From the NCBI GenBank assembly GCA_044229845.1, contig JBGASG010000001.1, positions 576,001 through 640,000 on the forward strand: DNA of 64,000 nt, given 5' to 3'. This stretch comes from Candidatus Obscuribacteraceae bacterium (GTDB taxonomy: Bacteria; Cyanobacteriota; Vampirovibrionia; Obscuribacterales; Obscuribacteraceae). The notes under the pieces were generated by a model. The model saw only the letters and a program-made list of their open reading frames with translations. It did no database searches and was not told where the DNA came from. The number at the start of each line of letters is the position of its first letter. Position 1 is the first letter of the stretch. The position numbers were made by a program, and so were the translations under genes. Positions 17,086-26,702 of the stretch are shown here, piece after piece.

Positions 17086-19585
17086 TTTTTCTCACATTGG
17101 GTGAATGAGTGGCTACACCGTCTTCGTCTTCTGTTCCCGTTTCTTCCTCTTCTGCCGCATCTTCCTCGGTATCCTCAGTAACTTGGGTAACTTCGGCGAT
17201 TTCGTCTTCTAAGTTGTCCGGCGCGATGTTGATGGATGCGGTCGTGGACTCGATTCCCTGCAGGTCTGCGGCGGAAACCTCCCAGGGCAGGTTGGATTGT
17301 GGATGTACGTACGATTCGAACGCGACAGGAAAAGTGAGGATGAAGCTGGTTCCCAGCCCCAGTTCGCTCTCTACACAGATTTCACCGCCCATCTGCTCCA
17401 TCAAAGTTTTGGCGATGTCCAGTCCCAGCCCCTGCCCGCTTGTGGTTTCCGGTTCTACGCGGAAGCCGGCTTCGAATATGTTGTCCAGGTGCTGCGCAGC
17501 GATGCCTTTGCCGTTGTCTGTAATAATCAGGACGTGACAGGGGCTCTGCGTCTCCACCGCGACGCTGACGCGGGTGCCCGGCGGGTTGTGTTTGACCGCG
17601 TTGCGGATCAGGTTGTCGACCACTCGTGTTAACTGCAACTGGTTGGCCATCACCCACAGTGAGTGATCCGGGATGTTGCATGCGATGGTGGCATCGTGTT
17701 TTTCGGCCAGCGTGATCAACACATCGACGCTGTCGTGAACAATGGCACCGAGGTCGCAGACAGTCAGGTTTTCATCGCTGGAGATGATGCTTTCATAGTC
17801 GTATGATTGCACCAACTGATCGATCAACTCGCACAGACGGTCGGATGACTTGACCAGGCGGGCGACTTTTTCGCGCACCTGCGGATTATCCAGTTCGATC
17901 AGTTGAAGTTCGGCAATTGTCCAGTTGAGGTTGCTGACCGGGGCGTTGAGATCGTGGTTGATGCGCCGTACGAATTCGTGACGCCGGCGTTTGTCCATAA
18001 TCGCTTCACGGGTCTGGGCTTCGGCCTCCTGCCGTTTCAGTTCGGACTCGTACTTGTCCTGGGTCAAACCCAACATCTCTGACGCGGCGGACAACCGAGA
18101 TTCGACGTGCTCTTCCCGTTCCTTTTCGCGCTCCCACAAAATTGCGGCCAGAGTGCCCAAACCGATGGCAATGGAAGGTGCGAAGACCGGCACGATCAGA
18201 CCGCCCTCGGAGAAGACCAGACAGGCGACCACCCAGGTGCCTCCCAGAAGCGATATGAAGACTAGCATGTCGCTGAGCAGATATTTGAAGCGCTTGGCGT
18301 CTGCAGATCCAGGCGGACCGGGAGCCACAGGAGTCTGAGAACCTTTCCAGGCAAACCAGATCATGCCACCGATCATGGTGGCAATCACCGTGTAGAGCAT
18401 GGAATCTACGCCGTCCAGTCTGTACGGCCAGGAGCAGCGCGAGATGGTGTCCATGGCATGAGCCAAAATTTCAGTGCCGCTGCGTTGATTGGTGTACTGG
18501 TTGGTGAACGGAGTGCTGTGTACATCGAACACACCGTCGCCGATGAAGACGATGGCACCGCGCAGATCGAGATCTGAGAGTTTGTCCGGATGCAAGAGCG
18601 CACGCCGCATGTCAGGATCGAGAAGGTAGTTGTGCGGACGCACCGGATAGAGTTCAGAGTTGGGTGGACTGGCGAAGTCGATGTACATGTTGTCTGGCAC
18701 ATCGGTCGCTACTTTCTCGCCGATGTTTTCCAGCGCTTTCACCACGATCGACTCGTGAATGCCTTCGGTGACGCCGGGGCGAGCCAGTTCGATGCGCCTG
18801 ACCACCTGATCGGCATCCGGCTCGATGCAAGCCATGCCCGTGTACTTGCTGACCACGTCTTGCCCAGGCTCCATGGTCTGCAACTCTTCCAGGACGCCTC
18901 GCGGATAGCTGGGCACCTTGATCTTCAGCAGGTCACGCGACGAGGAAGTATTGACCGAGCTGACCATGAGCACCCGCACCGGACGCCCGTACTTGCCGAT
19001 GTCGCAGTTATGAATCACCTCCGCCAACCGGCGGTCGTCGTCCGTGTACTGCGGATACTCATTGTCCAGAATGATCAAACGGGCTCCAGCGCGAGCCAGG
19101 ACCTCGACCATGTCAGCCACGGTCTTGCGCTTGAGTGGAAAGTCCAGCAGCGGTTTCATCCACGGGTACTGGTTGATCGCCTGCCGGGGTGGCTCGTCTT
19201 CAGTGGAGTGGTTGAAGATGACCACTTTGTGCATGACCGGCGGGTGGTTGTATTCGACCAGCCAGCTCAACGTGTAATCCCACGCCCACCACTGTTTCGG
19301 GATTTCATGTGCTTCGTGGTACTGCCAGAGAAGGGGCAGGTTGAGCCGCTCCAGGCTTTTCTTCGACCAGACCAGCCATTGGCGCACTTCGAAGCGCAGG
19401 TTGATTGTCTGCAATTCCTGGCGTTCGAACATGGGTGAGGTTTCCAACGCCACGCCCACCACCAGAGCCACTGCCACGTAGATCGTGAACATGCTCAGGA
19501 AGAAGTGCCGTTTGCTGTTGGTTGTCGAATGAATGTGACTGATCGCTCTCACCCCTGAGCACTGAGTCTTATATTTTCTAATCAA
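17048..19585 (-). CDS. CHASE2-domain sensor histidine kinase (true start probably downstream of 19585)
   Basis: AGARLIILD, PDADQVVRR, VFIGDG...DVHSTPF...GTEILAHA (CHASE2); 3 TMs; INHDLNAP H-box; NLIRNAVK, DNGKG, GQGLGL. Confidence 0.88.
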   Translation of the reverse strand: MIRKYKTQCSGVRAISHIHSTTNSKRHFFLSMFTIYVAVALVVGVALETSPMFERQELQTINLRFEVRQWLVWSKKSLERLNLPLLWQYHEAHEIPKQWWAWDYTLSWLVEYNHPPVMHKVVIFNHSTEDEPPRQAINQYPWMKPLLDFPLKRKTVADMVEVLARAGARLIILDNEYPQYTDDDRRLAEVIHNCDIGKYGRPVRVLMVSSVNTSSSRDLLKIKVPSYPRGVLEELQTMEPGQDVVSKYTGMACIEPDADQVVRRIELARPGVTEGIHESIVVKALENIGEKVATDVPDNMYIDFASPPNSELYPVRPHNYLLDPDMRRALLHPDKLSDLDLRGAIVFIGDGVFDVHSTPFTNQYTNQRSGTEILAHAMDTISRCSWPYRLDGVDSMLYTVIATMIGGMIWFAWKGSQTPVAPGPPGSADAKRFKYLLSDMLVFISLLGGTWVVACLVFSEGGLIVPVFAPSIAIGLGTLAAILWEREKEREEHVESRLSAASEMLGLTQDKYESELKRQEAEAQTREAIMDKRRRHEFVRRINHDLNAPVSNLNWTIAELQLIELDNPQVREKVARLVKSSDRLCELIDQLVQSYDYESIISSDENLTVCDLGAIVHDSVDVLITLAEKHDATIACNIPDHSLWVMANQLQLTRVVDNLIRNAVKHNPPGTRVSVAVETQSPCHVLIITDNGKGIAAQHLDNIFEAGFRVEPETTSGQGLGLDIAKTLMEQMGGEICVESELGLGTSFILTFPVAFESYVHPQSNLPWEVSAADLQGIESTTASINIAPDNLEDEIAEVTQVTEDTEEDAAEEEETGTEDEDGVATHSPNVRKNDHHQNLDYRRR

Positions 19586-19595
19586 TAAAGTACCC

Positions 19596-20876
19596 GTGCG
19601 CGACTACCCCAAAACTGCATTCTGTCTGGACCAGATACAATTTGACGCAGATATGAACCTGTTTCTCATCGGTGGCATCACACTTCTCTGGGCGGCATTG
19701 CTGCTCATAGTGCGCCGACTGATAAGAGAAAAAGCGCTGGGGACAAGTCCAGTTTCCCTGCCTGTGGTTGGAAACGAGGGTGCGCTGCGTCCGGCCGAAC
19801 TTGCTTACCTCGTGCGTGACGGTGACATGACCCATACCATGATTGTCATGGCGCTGGATCTCATTCAAAGAGCTGTGAAATCGCAGACAGCCACCAACGT
19901 CGGTGAGAACCTCGCTCCGTACGAGATGGAGATCTGGCAGCGGGTCAAAAGCCAGGTGCGCGGCTGGGCTGAGAAGAAAGTCAATGAGGTCAATCCGCTG
20001 GCCACCGTCAATCCAGCCGAAGTGATCCGTCGTCTGAATGCGATCAAGATTTTTTTCACTACCACGGTCGGCAGATTCTTGCAGGATGTGGTTCGAGATC
20101 CCAAGCGCATCAAGGGCTACTTCACTCTTGCCGGCATCTTGAGAGTGGTGGCTGATCTGACCAGAGCGGGTTACGGCGCAGTGATCGAGCAAGACATGCG
20201 CAATGCGCTTTTGTCGCGCGGACTGATCGTGGAGGAGTCGCAGCGCACTCGTGGTGGCACGTTCAGTCTGGTTGCGGCAGGTGTGGCGTTCGTGCTGATG
20301 ATCGCCGCCTGCCTGCTGTTGCAAGGCTTAACGGAACCGGCTGTTTATGCCACTTTCATGGCGGCTTGCGGTGGTGCGTTCTTCAGTGCCGTGATTTTGC
20401 GCGCACTGCTGATGGTGCCGCAGTTTGTGCCTTTCTATGAGGAGATTTCACTGGTCTTAAGCGAGGCGTCTCGATCCAGCTGGCAGGTAGTGGTACTGCG
20501 GACGGTGTTCGGCTTGGCTCGACTGATTGCCTGGTCGCTCTTCGCGCTGACTATATTAACCATCCTTGGTATTGCTGCACTGGTCTTTTCCTTTGCCATG
20601 CATGCTGAAGTCGGCGGGGCACTGCTGGCTCTCTTCGCCGCTTCAGTCTGGTGGATGACCTTTATGCAATTGTTGATCGATGCACACGGCTTGATTATGC
20701 GCGAAAGTAAGACGCTTCGGGCTGAGCGACAGGTGGAGAAGGCTAAGCAGGAAATTAAGCATGCCACTGCGCTCGGAACTCTCAAAGATGTTTTCGCCAA
20801 CCCCGACTATGATCCGACTTTCTCCAATCTAGTGGCGGTTTATGGCGTGGAGACGATCTGGTTGTTGACAAAATAA
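19596..20876 (+). CDS. Integral membrane hypothetical protein
   Basis: About 5 TM segments; LRPAELAYL motif; an alternative start is ATG 19653. Confidence 0.65.
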   Translation: MRDYPKTAFCLDQIQFDADMNLFLIGGITLLWAALLLIVRRLIREKALGTSPVSLPVVGNEGALRPAELAYLVRDGDMTHTMIVMALDLIQRAVKSQTATNVGENLAPYEMEIWQRVKSQVRGWAEKKVNEVNPLATVNPAEVIRRLNAIKIFFTTTVGRFLQDVVRDPKRIKGYFTLAGILRVVADLTRAGYGAVIEQDMRNALLSRGLIVEESQRTRGGTFSLVAAGVAFVLMIAACLLLQGLTEPAVYATFMAACGGAFFSAVILRALLMVPQFVPFYEEISLVLSEASRSSWQVVVLRTVFGLARLIAWSLFALTILTILGIAALVFSFAMHAEVGGALLALFAASVWWMTFMQLLIDAHGLIMRESKTLRAERQVEKAKQEIKHATALGTLKDVFANPDYDPTFSNLVAVYGVETIWLLTK

Positions 20877-20895
20877 TCTTGTGGCAGGAGCAGCA

Positions 20896-21756
20896 ATGGG
20901 CATTAAATCTCGTGGTATTACTCGTGGTGCGGCAACGATTGTCACCGGCGCGTCCACCGGCATCGGAAAAGCCCTGGCTGTGCGCTTAGCCAGGCGCAAG
21001 GGCTGCCGCATGGTATTGAACGCTCGCAATGCTGAGGTGTTGGAAGAAACAGCCAAGGCTGTTCGCACCGCCGGTGGTGAAGCTCTGTGCGTCGCCGGTG
21101 ATGTCGCCGATCCGCAAGTGGTAAAGTCGCTGGTGTCAACGTGCAAGGAAAATTTTGGTGGCATCGACTTGCTCGTCAACAACGCCGGGCTGGCGAAGAC
21201 AGGACCTATGCACAAATTGAACGTTGAAGATTGGCGTTACGTTTTTGAAGTAAACTTTTTTGCTCCTTTGATGCTGATTTATGAGGTCTTGCCGCATTTC
21301 TTTGAGAAACACAGCGGCAAGATCGTTAACGTCGCCTCGGTGGCCGGGAAAATTGCGTTTCCCGGCAGTGTCTGTTACAGCTCCAGCAAATTTGCCCTGA
21401 CCGGACTTTCGGAGGGCATGGCGGCTGAGCTTTCCTGGCGGGGCGTCGACGTGGTGACGGTCTGCCCCGGTTGGGTGCGAACGGAGTTTTTTAAAAAGAA
21501 CAGCTCTTCGGAGGATCCCTCGGAAATCGCCAGGCGCCAGGATATTCAGGGCTGGCTCATGCGTAATGTGCTGAGCATCAGCGCGGAGCAGTGCGCCGAT
21601 AACATAATTTCTGCCTGCGAGAAGGGAGGCTGCCACGAAATCATCCTCACCAAACCTGGAGTTGTTATGGAGAGAATGTCAGGGATAGCCCCGAATCTGA
21701 CTTTCCAGCTGGCCCGGTATGTTCCCGCGAACAGGGGTCCTAAGCGCGACAGTTAG
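20896..21756 (+). CDS. SDR family oxidoreductase
   Basis: TGASTGIG, LVNNAG, YSSSK catalytic motif, PGWVRT; ATG 20896 follows GGAG. Confidence 0.9.
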   Translation: MGIKSRGITRGAATIVTGASTGIGKALAVRLARRKGCRMVLNARNAEVLEETAKAVRTAGGEALCVAGDVADPQVVKSLVSTCKENFGGIDLLVNNAGLAKTGPMHKLNVEDWRYVFEVNFFAPLMLIYEVLPHFFEKHSGKIVNVASVAGKIAFPGSVCYSSSKFALTGLSEGMAAELSWRGVDVVTVCPGWVRTEFFKKNSSSEDPSEIARRQDIQGWLMRNVLSISAEQCADNIISACEKGGCHEIILTKPGVVMERMSGIAPNLTFQLARYVPANRGPKRDS

Positions 21757-21876
21757 CGTTCCTGCTATCTTGATATTGTCTTTTTGTTGTCGATTAGTGG
21801 CGGAAGGGCAGGGGTACAAAGTAGTGGTCGATACCCCTGGCATCGACGTTGAGCGTTGAATTAGAGGCCCTGAGTT

Positions 21877-23373
21877 TTGATCGAGAAATCGGCATCCTCG
21901 CCAGCTTCCACGGAAGATCCGTTAATCGGGACGCTCCTGGAAGATCGCTATCGCATCCTCTCCGTCGTCGGACGGGGTGGGATGGGCGTTGTCTACCGGG
22001 CGAAACAGGAATACATGGACCGTATCGTCGCGGTCAAAATGCTGCAGCCTCAGCTGGTTAAGGATTCGATAACCGTCAAACGATTCGAGCAAGAGGCTAA
22101 ATCAGCCAGCCGCCTCATGCACCCGAACATTATCACCCTGCACGATTACGGGTTTGTCGGTGAAGTCCCTTATCTGGTCATGGACTTCGTTCAGGGGACC
22201 AGCCTCTCCGAATTGATCAAATCGGGCGGATCGCTCGGCGTGATGCGGTCGATCAACATTTTTGCCCAGGTCTGCGATGCCCTCGAGCACGCGCACCGCA
22301 ACGGCATCGTGCACCGCGACTTGAAACCTGGCAATATCATGCTTCTCAACACCGATCAGCAGGACGACTTTGTGAAGGTCGTCGACTTCGGTGTGGCAAA
22401 GATCCTGGAATTAGGCGACGAGGACTCCCAGCGGCTCACCTCCACTGGAGAAATCTTCGGCAGTCCCGTCTATATGAGTCCTGAACAGTGCGAAGGACGT
22501 CATCTGGACGGACGCGCCGACCTGTATTCGATGGGCGTCGTCATGTTCGAGACCTTGACCGGAAAACTGCCGCTGGCCGGCAAGAACGTCATCGAGACAA
22601 TTACCAAGCACCTCAATGAGATCCCGCCGTCCTTCAACCAGGTAAGACCGGACCTCTACTTTCCCGATCGGCTGGAGGGCGCGGTCATGCGGGCCCTGGA
22701 GAAACACCCGGACGATCGCCAGCAGTCGATGCTGGAGTTGAAAAACGAACTTTTGGCGGCGTCTCCACGGCGACGTGCATCGTCGATGTCGATGACGAGT
22801 CTCACCGCGGTCTCCACCACATCCCAGGACAATGCAATAGTTGCGCTGCAAGAGCAACCTCGACGCTCTTATAAAGTGCCGATCATCATCGGAGTATTGA
22901 TGGCCTTCGTGGTCGTCGCAGCAGTCGCTTTCACCCTCGTCTCATCTTTGTTGCGCGGTATTCACCCGATGAATGCTTCGCACGACACCAACGGCGGCGG
23001 CGGCGGACAACACCAGGCCCAGACGGCACCGGATGTCGACAGCCCGACCGATACACCGACGCCACCTAAAATCCCGGTGGTGCATGAGGCTCCCCCTGTT
23101 CCGCCTCCGCAGCAGAACCAGACTGCTCCTGCCAAACCGCCTCATCAGCAAGCTGTTATTGCCCACCCGCGGCCCAAGCCGAAGCCGGTGCGTGTTCAGC
23201 AAACCTATCAGCAGCAGCAAACCTATCAGCAGCCGCCCCGTCATTCGGGCGGGAGCGCCTCCAGTATCATCCGCGACGGCTTTGGCGGCGGTGGCGGCGG
23301 CGGTGGTTCGCCGGTCTGGCAGCCTCGACCTGCCGGTTCCGTCAATTATGAGAACGAAGGCTTCGGACATTAA
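21877..23373 (+). CDS. Membrane Ser/Thr protein kinase
   Basis: GRGGMGVVY, VAVK, RFEQEA, HRDLKPGN, DFG, GSPVYMSPEQ; TM and Pro/Gln-rich tail. Confidence 0.92.
   Translation: MIEKSASSPASTEDPLIGTLLEDRYRILSVVGRGGMGVVYRAKQEYMDRIVAVKMLQPQLVKDSITVKRFEQEAKSASRLMHPNIITLHDYGFVGEVPYLVMDFVQGTSLSELIKSGGSLGVMRSINIFAQVCDALEHAHRNGIVHRDLKPGNIMLLNTDQQDDFVKVVDFGVAKILELGDEDSQRLTSTGEIFGSPVYMSPEQCEGRHLDGRADLYSMGVVMFETLTGKLPLAGKNVIETITKHLNEIPPSFNQVRPDLYFPDRLEGAVMRALEKHPDDRQQSMLELKNELLAASPRRRASSMSMTSLTAVSTTSQDNAIVALQEQPRRSYKVPIIIGVLMAFVVVAAVAFTLVSSLLRGIHPMNASHDTNGGGGGQHQAQTAPDVDSPTDTPTPPKIPVVHEAPPVPPPQQNQTAPAKPPHQQAVIAHPRPKPKPVRVQQTYQQQQTYQQPPRHSGGSASSIIRDGFGGGGGGGGSPVWQPRPAGSVNYENEGFGH
23197..23232 (+). repeat. 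18-bp tandem duplication within the kinase tail
   Basis: CAGCAAACCTATCAGCAG x2 (QQTYQQ x2). Confidence 0.8.
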
Positions 23374-23475
23374 GCCGCTCTGATACCGCATTTGGTATCG
23401 CTACGTGGATGACAAGCTGAGCTCGCCGGCGGCGCGTCGCAGCGCTTAACGATTGCCGTGTAGCTGGATGCCAAT

Positions 23476-26439
23476 GTGGTTAAATGGCGCGACCAGTCAC
23501 ACTCAGGGAATCTTTGCGTTATGCGTTTGTTTCTTGCCGATCGTTGTTTGTCCGTGATTTCTTGCATGGCGGTTTTTATTTCGTCATGCGCTTTGCCGGT
23601 AACAGCGGCCCCATCCGTCGCCGGCAGTCAGACTAAGAAAAACACCACTCACGGTGGGCGAGCCATTTCGATCGTCAAATCCGATGCCAAAACCGGCATC
23701 ACGGAATACAAGCTGGATTCCAATGGTCTGCAGATATTGCTCGCCGAGCGCCATGCCACACCGGTGGTGACGGTGATGGTGCTCTATCACGTCGGTTCGC
23801 GCAACGAAGCGGTCGGCTATACGGGCTCCACGCATTTTCTGGAACACATGATGTTCAAAGGTACGGCAGCTCACGATCCTCTTTCGAAGACGGGCATCGA
23901 TGACGTCTTGAAACCTGTCGGCGCCATGAACAATGCCACTACGTCGTACGATCGCACCAACTACTTCGAAGTCTTGCCGGCCAAAAATCTCGATGTTGCC
24001 TTGCAGTTGGAAGCTGATCGCATGCGCAATGCACTTTTGCGTGAGAAAGATCGTCAGTCTGAGATGACCGTGGTGCGCAACGAATTGGAGCGCAATGTCG
24101 ATGATGCCACCACGCTCCTTTCCAACAACGTTTTTTCAACGGCTTTCCAAGAACATCCATATCACCATCCGATCATCGGCTGGCGCAGCGATGTGGAAGG
24201 CGTACCGATTCAGAGACTACGGCAGTTTTACAACGACTTCTACTGGCCAAACAATGCCACCTTGATCGTGGTAGGTGACTTCGATCAGCAAAAGGCGCTC
24301 AACATGATTTCGCGGGAATTCGGCAGGATCCCCCCTTCGCCCAAACCCTTTCCAAAGGTGTACACACAGGAGCCTCCACAAGAGGGAGAGAGACGGTTCG
24401 TAGTGCAGCGCGGACAGGATTTGCCGAAAGTAGAAATCGGTTGGCACGTCCCTGCGGCGAAGAGCAACGATACTTATCCTCTCGAAGTAGCTGCAGCGAT
24501 TCTGGGCGATGAGAAGCGGCAGTCGAGCCGCCTCTATAAAGGTCTTGTGGAAAGCGGACTGGCGTCTGATACCTATGCCTACAACTATTCGATGCACGAT
24601 CCCGGTCTTTTCACCGTCTTTGCCTCGGCAACTGCCGATACTCCGCTTCCTAAAGTGGAAAAGAAGCTGATCGAAGAAGTAGAGCGTCTGGGTTCACAGC
24701 CGATCAGCGATGCAGAGCTGGAACGTGCCAAAACATCTATCTGGAAGAGATTGAAACTTTCAGCTGCCGATCCGGTCGGACTGGTCGATCAGGTAGCGGA
24801 GGCAATCGCGGTTGCCGATTGGACCTGGTGGGTGGGGCTGGAAGACAAGATCAAAGCGGTGACGAAGGAAGATGTGCAACGCGTGATCAAAAAGTACTTT
24901 GTGTCATCCAATCGCACCGTGGGTCACTACGAGCCTAAGGCGACTAGCGCCGACACCAAGGACAACGACAAAGACAAAAGCAAGGACAAAGAAAGCAAGG
25001 CTGCAGAGTCCCCTGCAGAGGGGTGCCTGGAAGCTGCCGGCATAATAGCCGCGCCACCAGCCGAGGTGGCGCTGATTACAGATACGGGTAGCGCCTCAGC
25101 TCCACCGCAAAAAGGATCAACCACCCCGAAACTGGCTCCCGAACTGAAGCAGACTAAGACGTCGACGCGCAGCATCGCCTCGCAAGTGCGCACGACTGTC
25201 CTCAGCAACGGCATCACCCTCCTGGTGATGCCGATCAGAAAAACCGGCGTGGTCGCTGTATCAGGCAAGGTACGGGCCGGCGACTATTTTCAGCCATCCG
25301 GCACCACCGGCATCCCCGGCATGATGGCGGAAATGCTCACTAAAGGCTCTACAGGACTGTCGAAAGAACAGCTGGCGCAGAAGCTCGAGCTGTTGGGCAC
25401 GTCGCTCGAGTTTGACGTCAGTGATTTCTGGCTCGATTGGAATTCTGATCTTGTTAGTGAAGATTTGGGCAGTTACTTGCCGTTGCTCGCTGAAGTCATC
25501 CAGCACCCCAGGTTCGATCGCAGCGAGCTGGACAAGTCGATCAAAATCGGACAAGCCGATATCAAGTCTGCGATGTCCGATACCACCCAGGTGTCGATGA
25601 ATGTGTTTGACGGTGCCCTCTACAAGCCGCACTGTGTTTTCTACCAGAAGCCGCTTGCTGACCAGCTTACCGACCTCGGTAAAATCGACTCCGACAGTCT
25701 GCAGGCTTTCCATAAAAAATACGTGGTGCCTGCGAATACTATCATTTCCATAGTCGGTGATGTCGATCCCGACCAGGCACTGAATATGGTGCGTCAACAT
25801 TTTGATAGCTGGCAAGGTGGAGAAGCCTCGAAAATTGATGTCTCCGATTGCGCCAAACCACTGCATGGCAAAACGCGCATCGAGACAGCCATCCCCGATA
25901 AAACTAATGTCGATATCACGCTTGGGCACACCGCCGAGACTTCGATCCAAGACAAGGACTTTTATGCCATGCAAGTGGCTAATGCCGCTCTCGGTTATGA
26001 CACCATTTCATCGCGACTGGCTGAGTTGAGAGAAAAGCATGGCTTGACCTACGGCATTTCGTCGGCATTGCTCAACAACAGCTATAAAGGCAGTCCCTGG
26101 GTGATCTCGCTGACGGTGGCACCCGAAAATCAAAGTAAAGCACTGACGCTGATCGATCGCATCGTCGGCGATTATGTAAAAAACGGCATGACCGAGACTG
26201 AGCTGAAGGAGGAGTCTCAACGACTGGTAGGCGAGTACATCGTCAGCCGGCTGCGCACACCCAAGCAGATAGCAGATGGACTGACAAAATATCAGTTTCT
26301 CAACCTTGGACCTCAGTTCATGGATAACTATGCGGCACGCGTGCAAGCCGTCACGCTCAAAGATGCCAACGCGGCGATTCGCAAATATTTCGACCTATCC
26401 AACTCAGTGCTCAGCATCGCGGGTAGCCTGAAAAAGTAA
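23476..26439 (+). CDS. M16 (pitrilysin/insulinase) zinc peptidase, fused two-half form (start possibly 23521)
   Basis: HFLEH zinc motif, NATTSYDRTNY, HPYHHPIIGW; second half with LREKHGLTYG. Confidence 0.9.
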   Translation: MVKWRDQSHSGNLCVMRLFLADRCLSVISCMAVFISSCALPVTAAPSVAGSQTKKNTTHGGRAISIVKSDAKTGITEYKLDSNGLQILLAERHATPVVTVMVLYHVGSRNEAVGYTGSTHFLEHMMFKGTAAHDPLSKTGIDDVLKPVGAMNNATTSYDRTNYFEVLPAKNLDVALQLEADRMRNALLREKDRQSEMTVVRNELERNVDDATTLLSNNVFSTAFQEHPYHHPIIGWRSDVEGVPIQRLRQFYNDFYWPNNATLIVVGDFDQQKALNMISREFGRIPPSPKPFPKVYTQEPPQEGERRFVVQRGQDLPKVEIGWHVPAAKSNDTYPLEVAAAILGDEKRQSSRLYKGLVESGLASDTYAYNYSMHDPGLFTVFASATADTPLPKVEKKLIEEVERLGSQPISDAELERAKTSIWKRLKLSAADPVGLVDQVAEAIAVADWTWWVGLEDKIKAVTKEDVQRVIKKYFVSSNRTVGHYEPKATSADTKDNDKDKSKDKESKAAESPAEGCLEAAGIIAAPPAEVALITDTGSASAPPQKGSTTPKLAPELKQTKTSTRSIASQVRTTVLSNGITLLVMPIRKTGVVAVSGKVRAGDYFQPSGTTGIPGMMAEMLTKGSTGLSKEQLAQKLELLGTSLEFDVSDFWLDWNSDLVSEDLGSYLPLLAEVIQHPRFDRSELDKSIKIGQADIKSAMSDTTQVSMNVFDGALYKPHCVFYQKPLADQLTDLGKIDSDSLQAFHKKYVVPANTIISIVGDVDPDQALNMVRQHFDSWQGGEASKIDVSDCAKPLHGKTRIETAIPDKTNVDITLGHTAETSIQDKDFYAMQVANAALGYDTISSRLAELREKHGLTYGISSALLNNSYKGSPWVISLTVAPENQSKALTLIDRIVGDYVKNGMTETELKEESQRLVGEYIVSRLRTPKQIADGLTKYQFLNLGPQFMDNYAARVQAVTLKDANAAIRKYFDLSNSVLSIAGSLKK

Positions 26440-26543
26440 GAATGTCGTAACTATTCCTTCACCCGTTCTTAAACGGCCCACGTCAATAATGGTGGTGTAG
26501 AAAAGAAAAACGAACACGACGAGAAAGAGAAGAGGAACAGCAT

Positions 26544-26669
26544 ATGCCAGTCTTTGTAGAGAGCATAGTCATCATAGCTGTAGCGGCTTTCATAGCTATC
26601 TGGGTCAACGATTCAGACTTCGAAATTGGTGGCGGATATCTGCCGGAAGAAACGTCTGAGGCTGCTTGA
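26544..26669 (+). CDS. 41-aa single-TM microprotein (not in the ORF track)
   Basis: AGAGGA RBS; MPVFVESIVIIAVAAFIAIWVNDSDFEIGGGYLPEETSEAA*; terminator overlaps the stop. Confidence 0.6.
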   Translation: MPVFVESIVIIAVAAFIAIWVNDSDFEIGGGYLPEETSEAA

Positions 26670-26684
26670 GGCAGCCTTTTCTTT
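26659..26684 (+). terminator. Intrinsic terminator
   Basis: AGGCTGC-TTGAG-GCAGCCT stem followed by TTTCTTT. Confidence 0.65.
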
Positions 26685-26702
26685 CGGAGGCGTCGACTGC
26701 TG

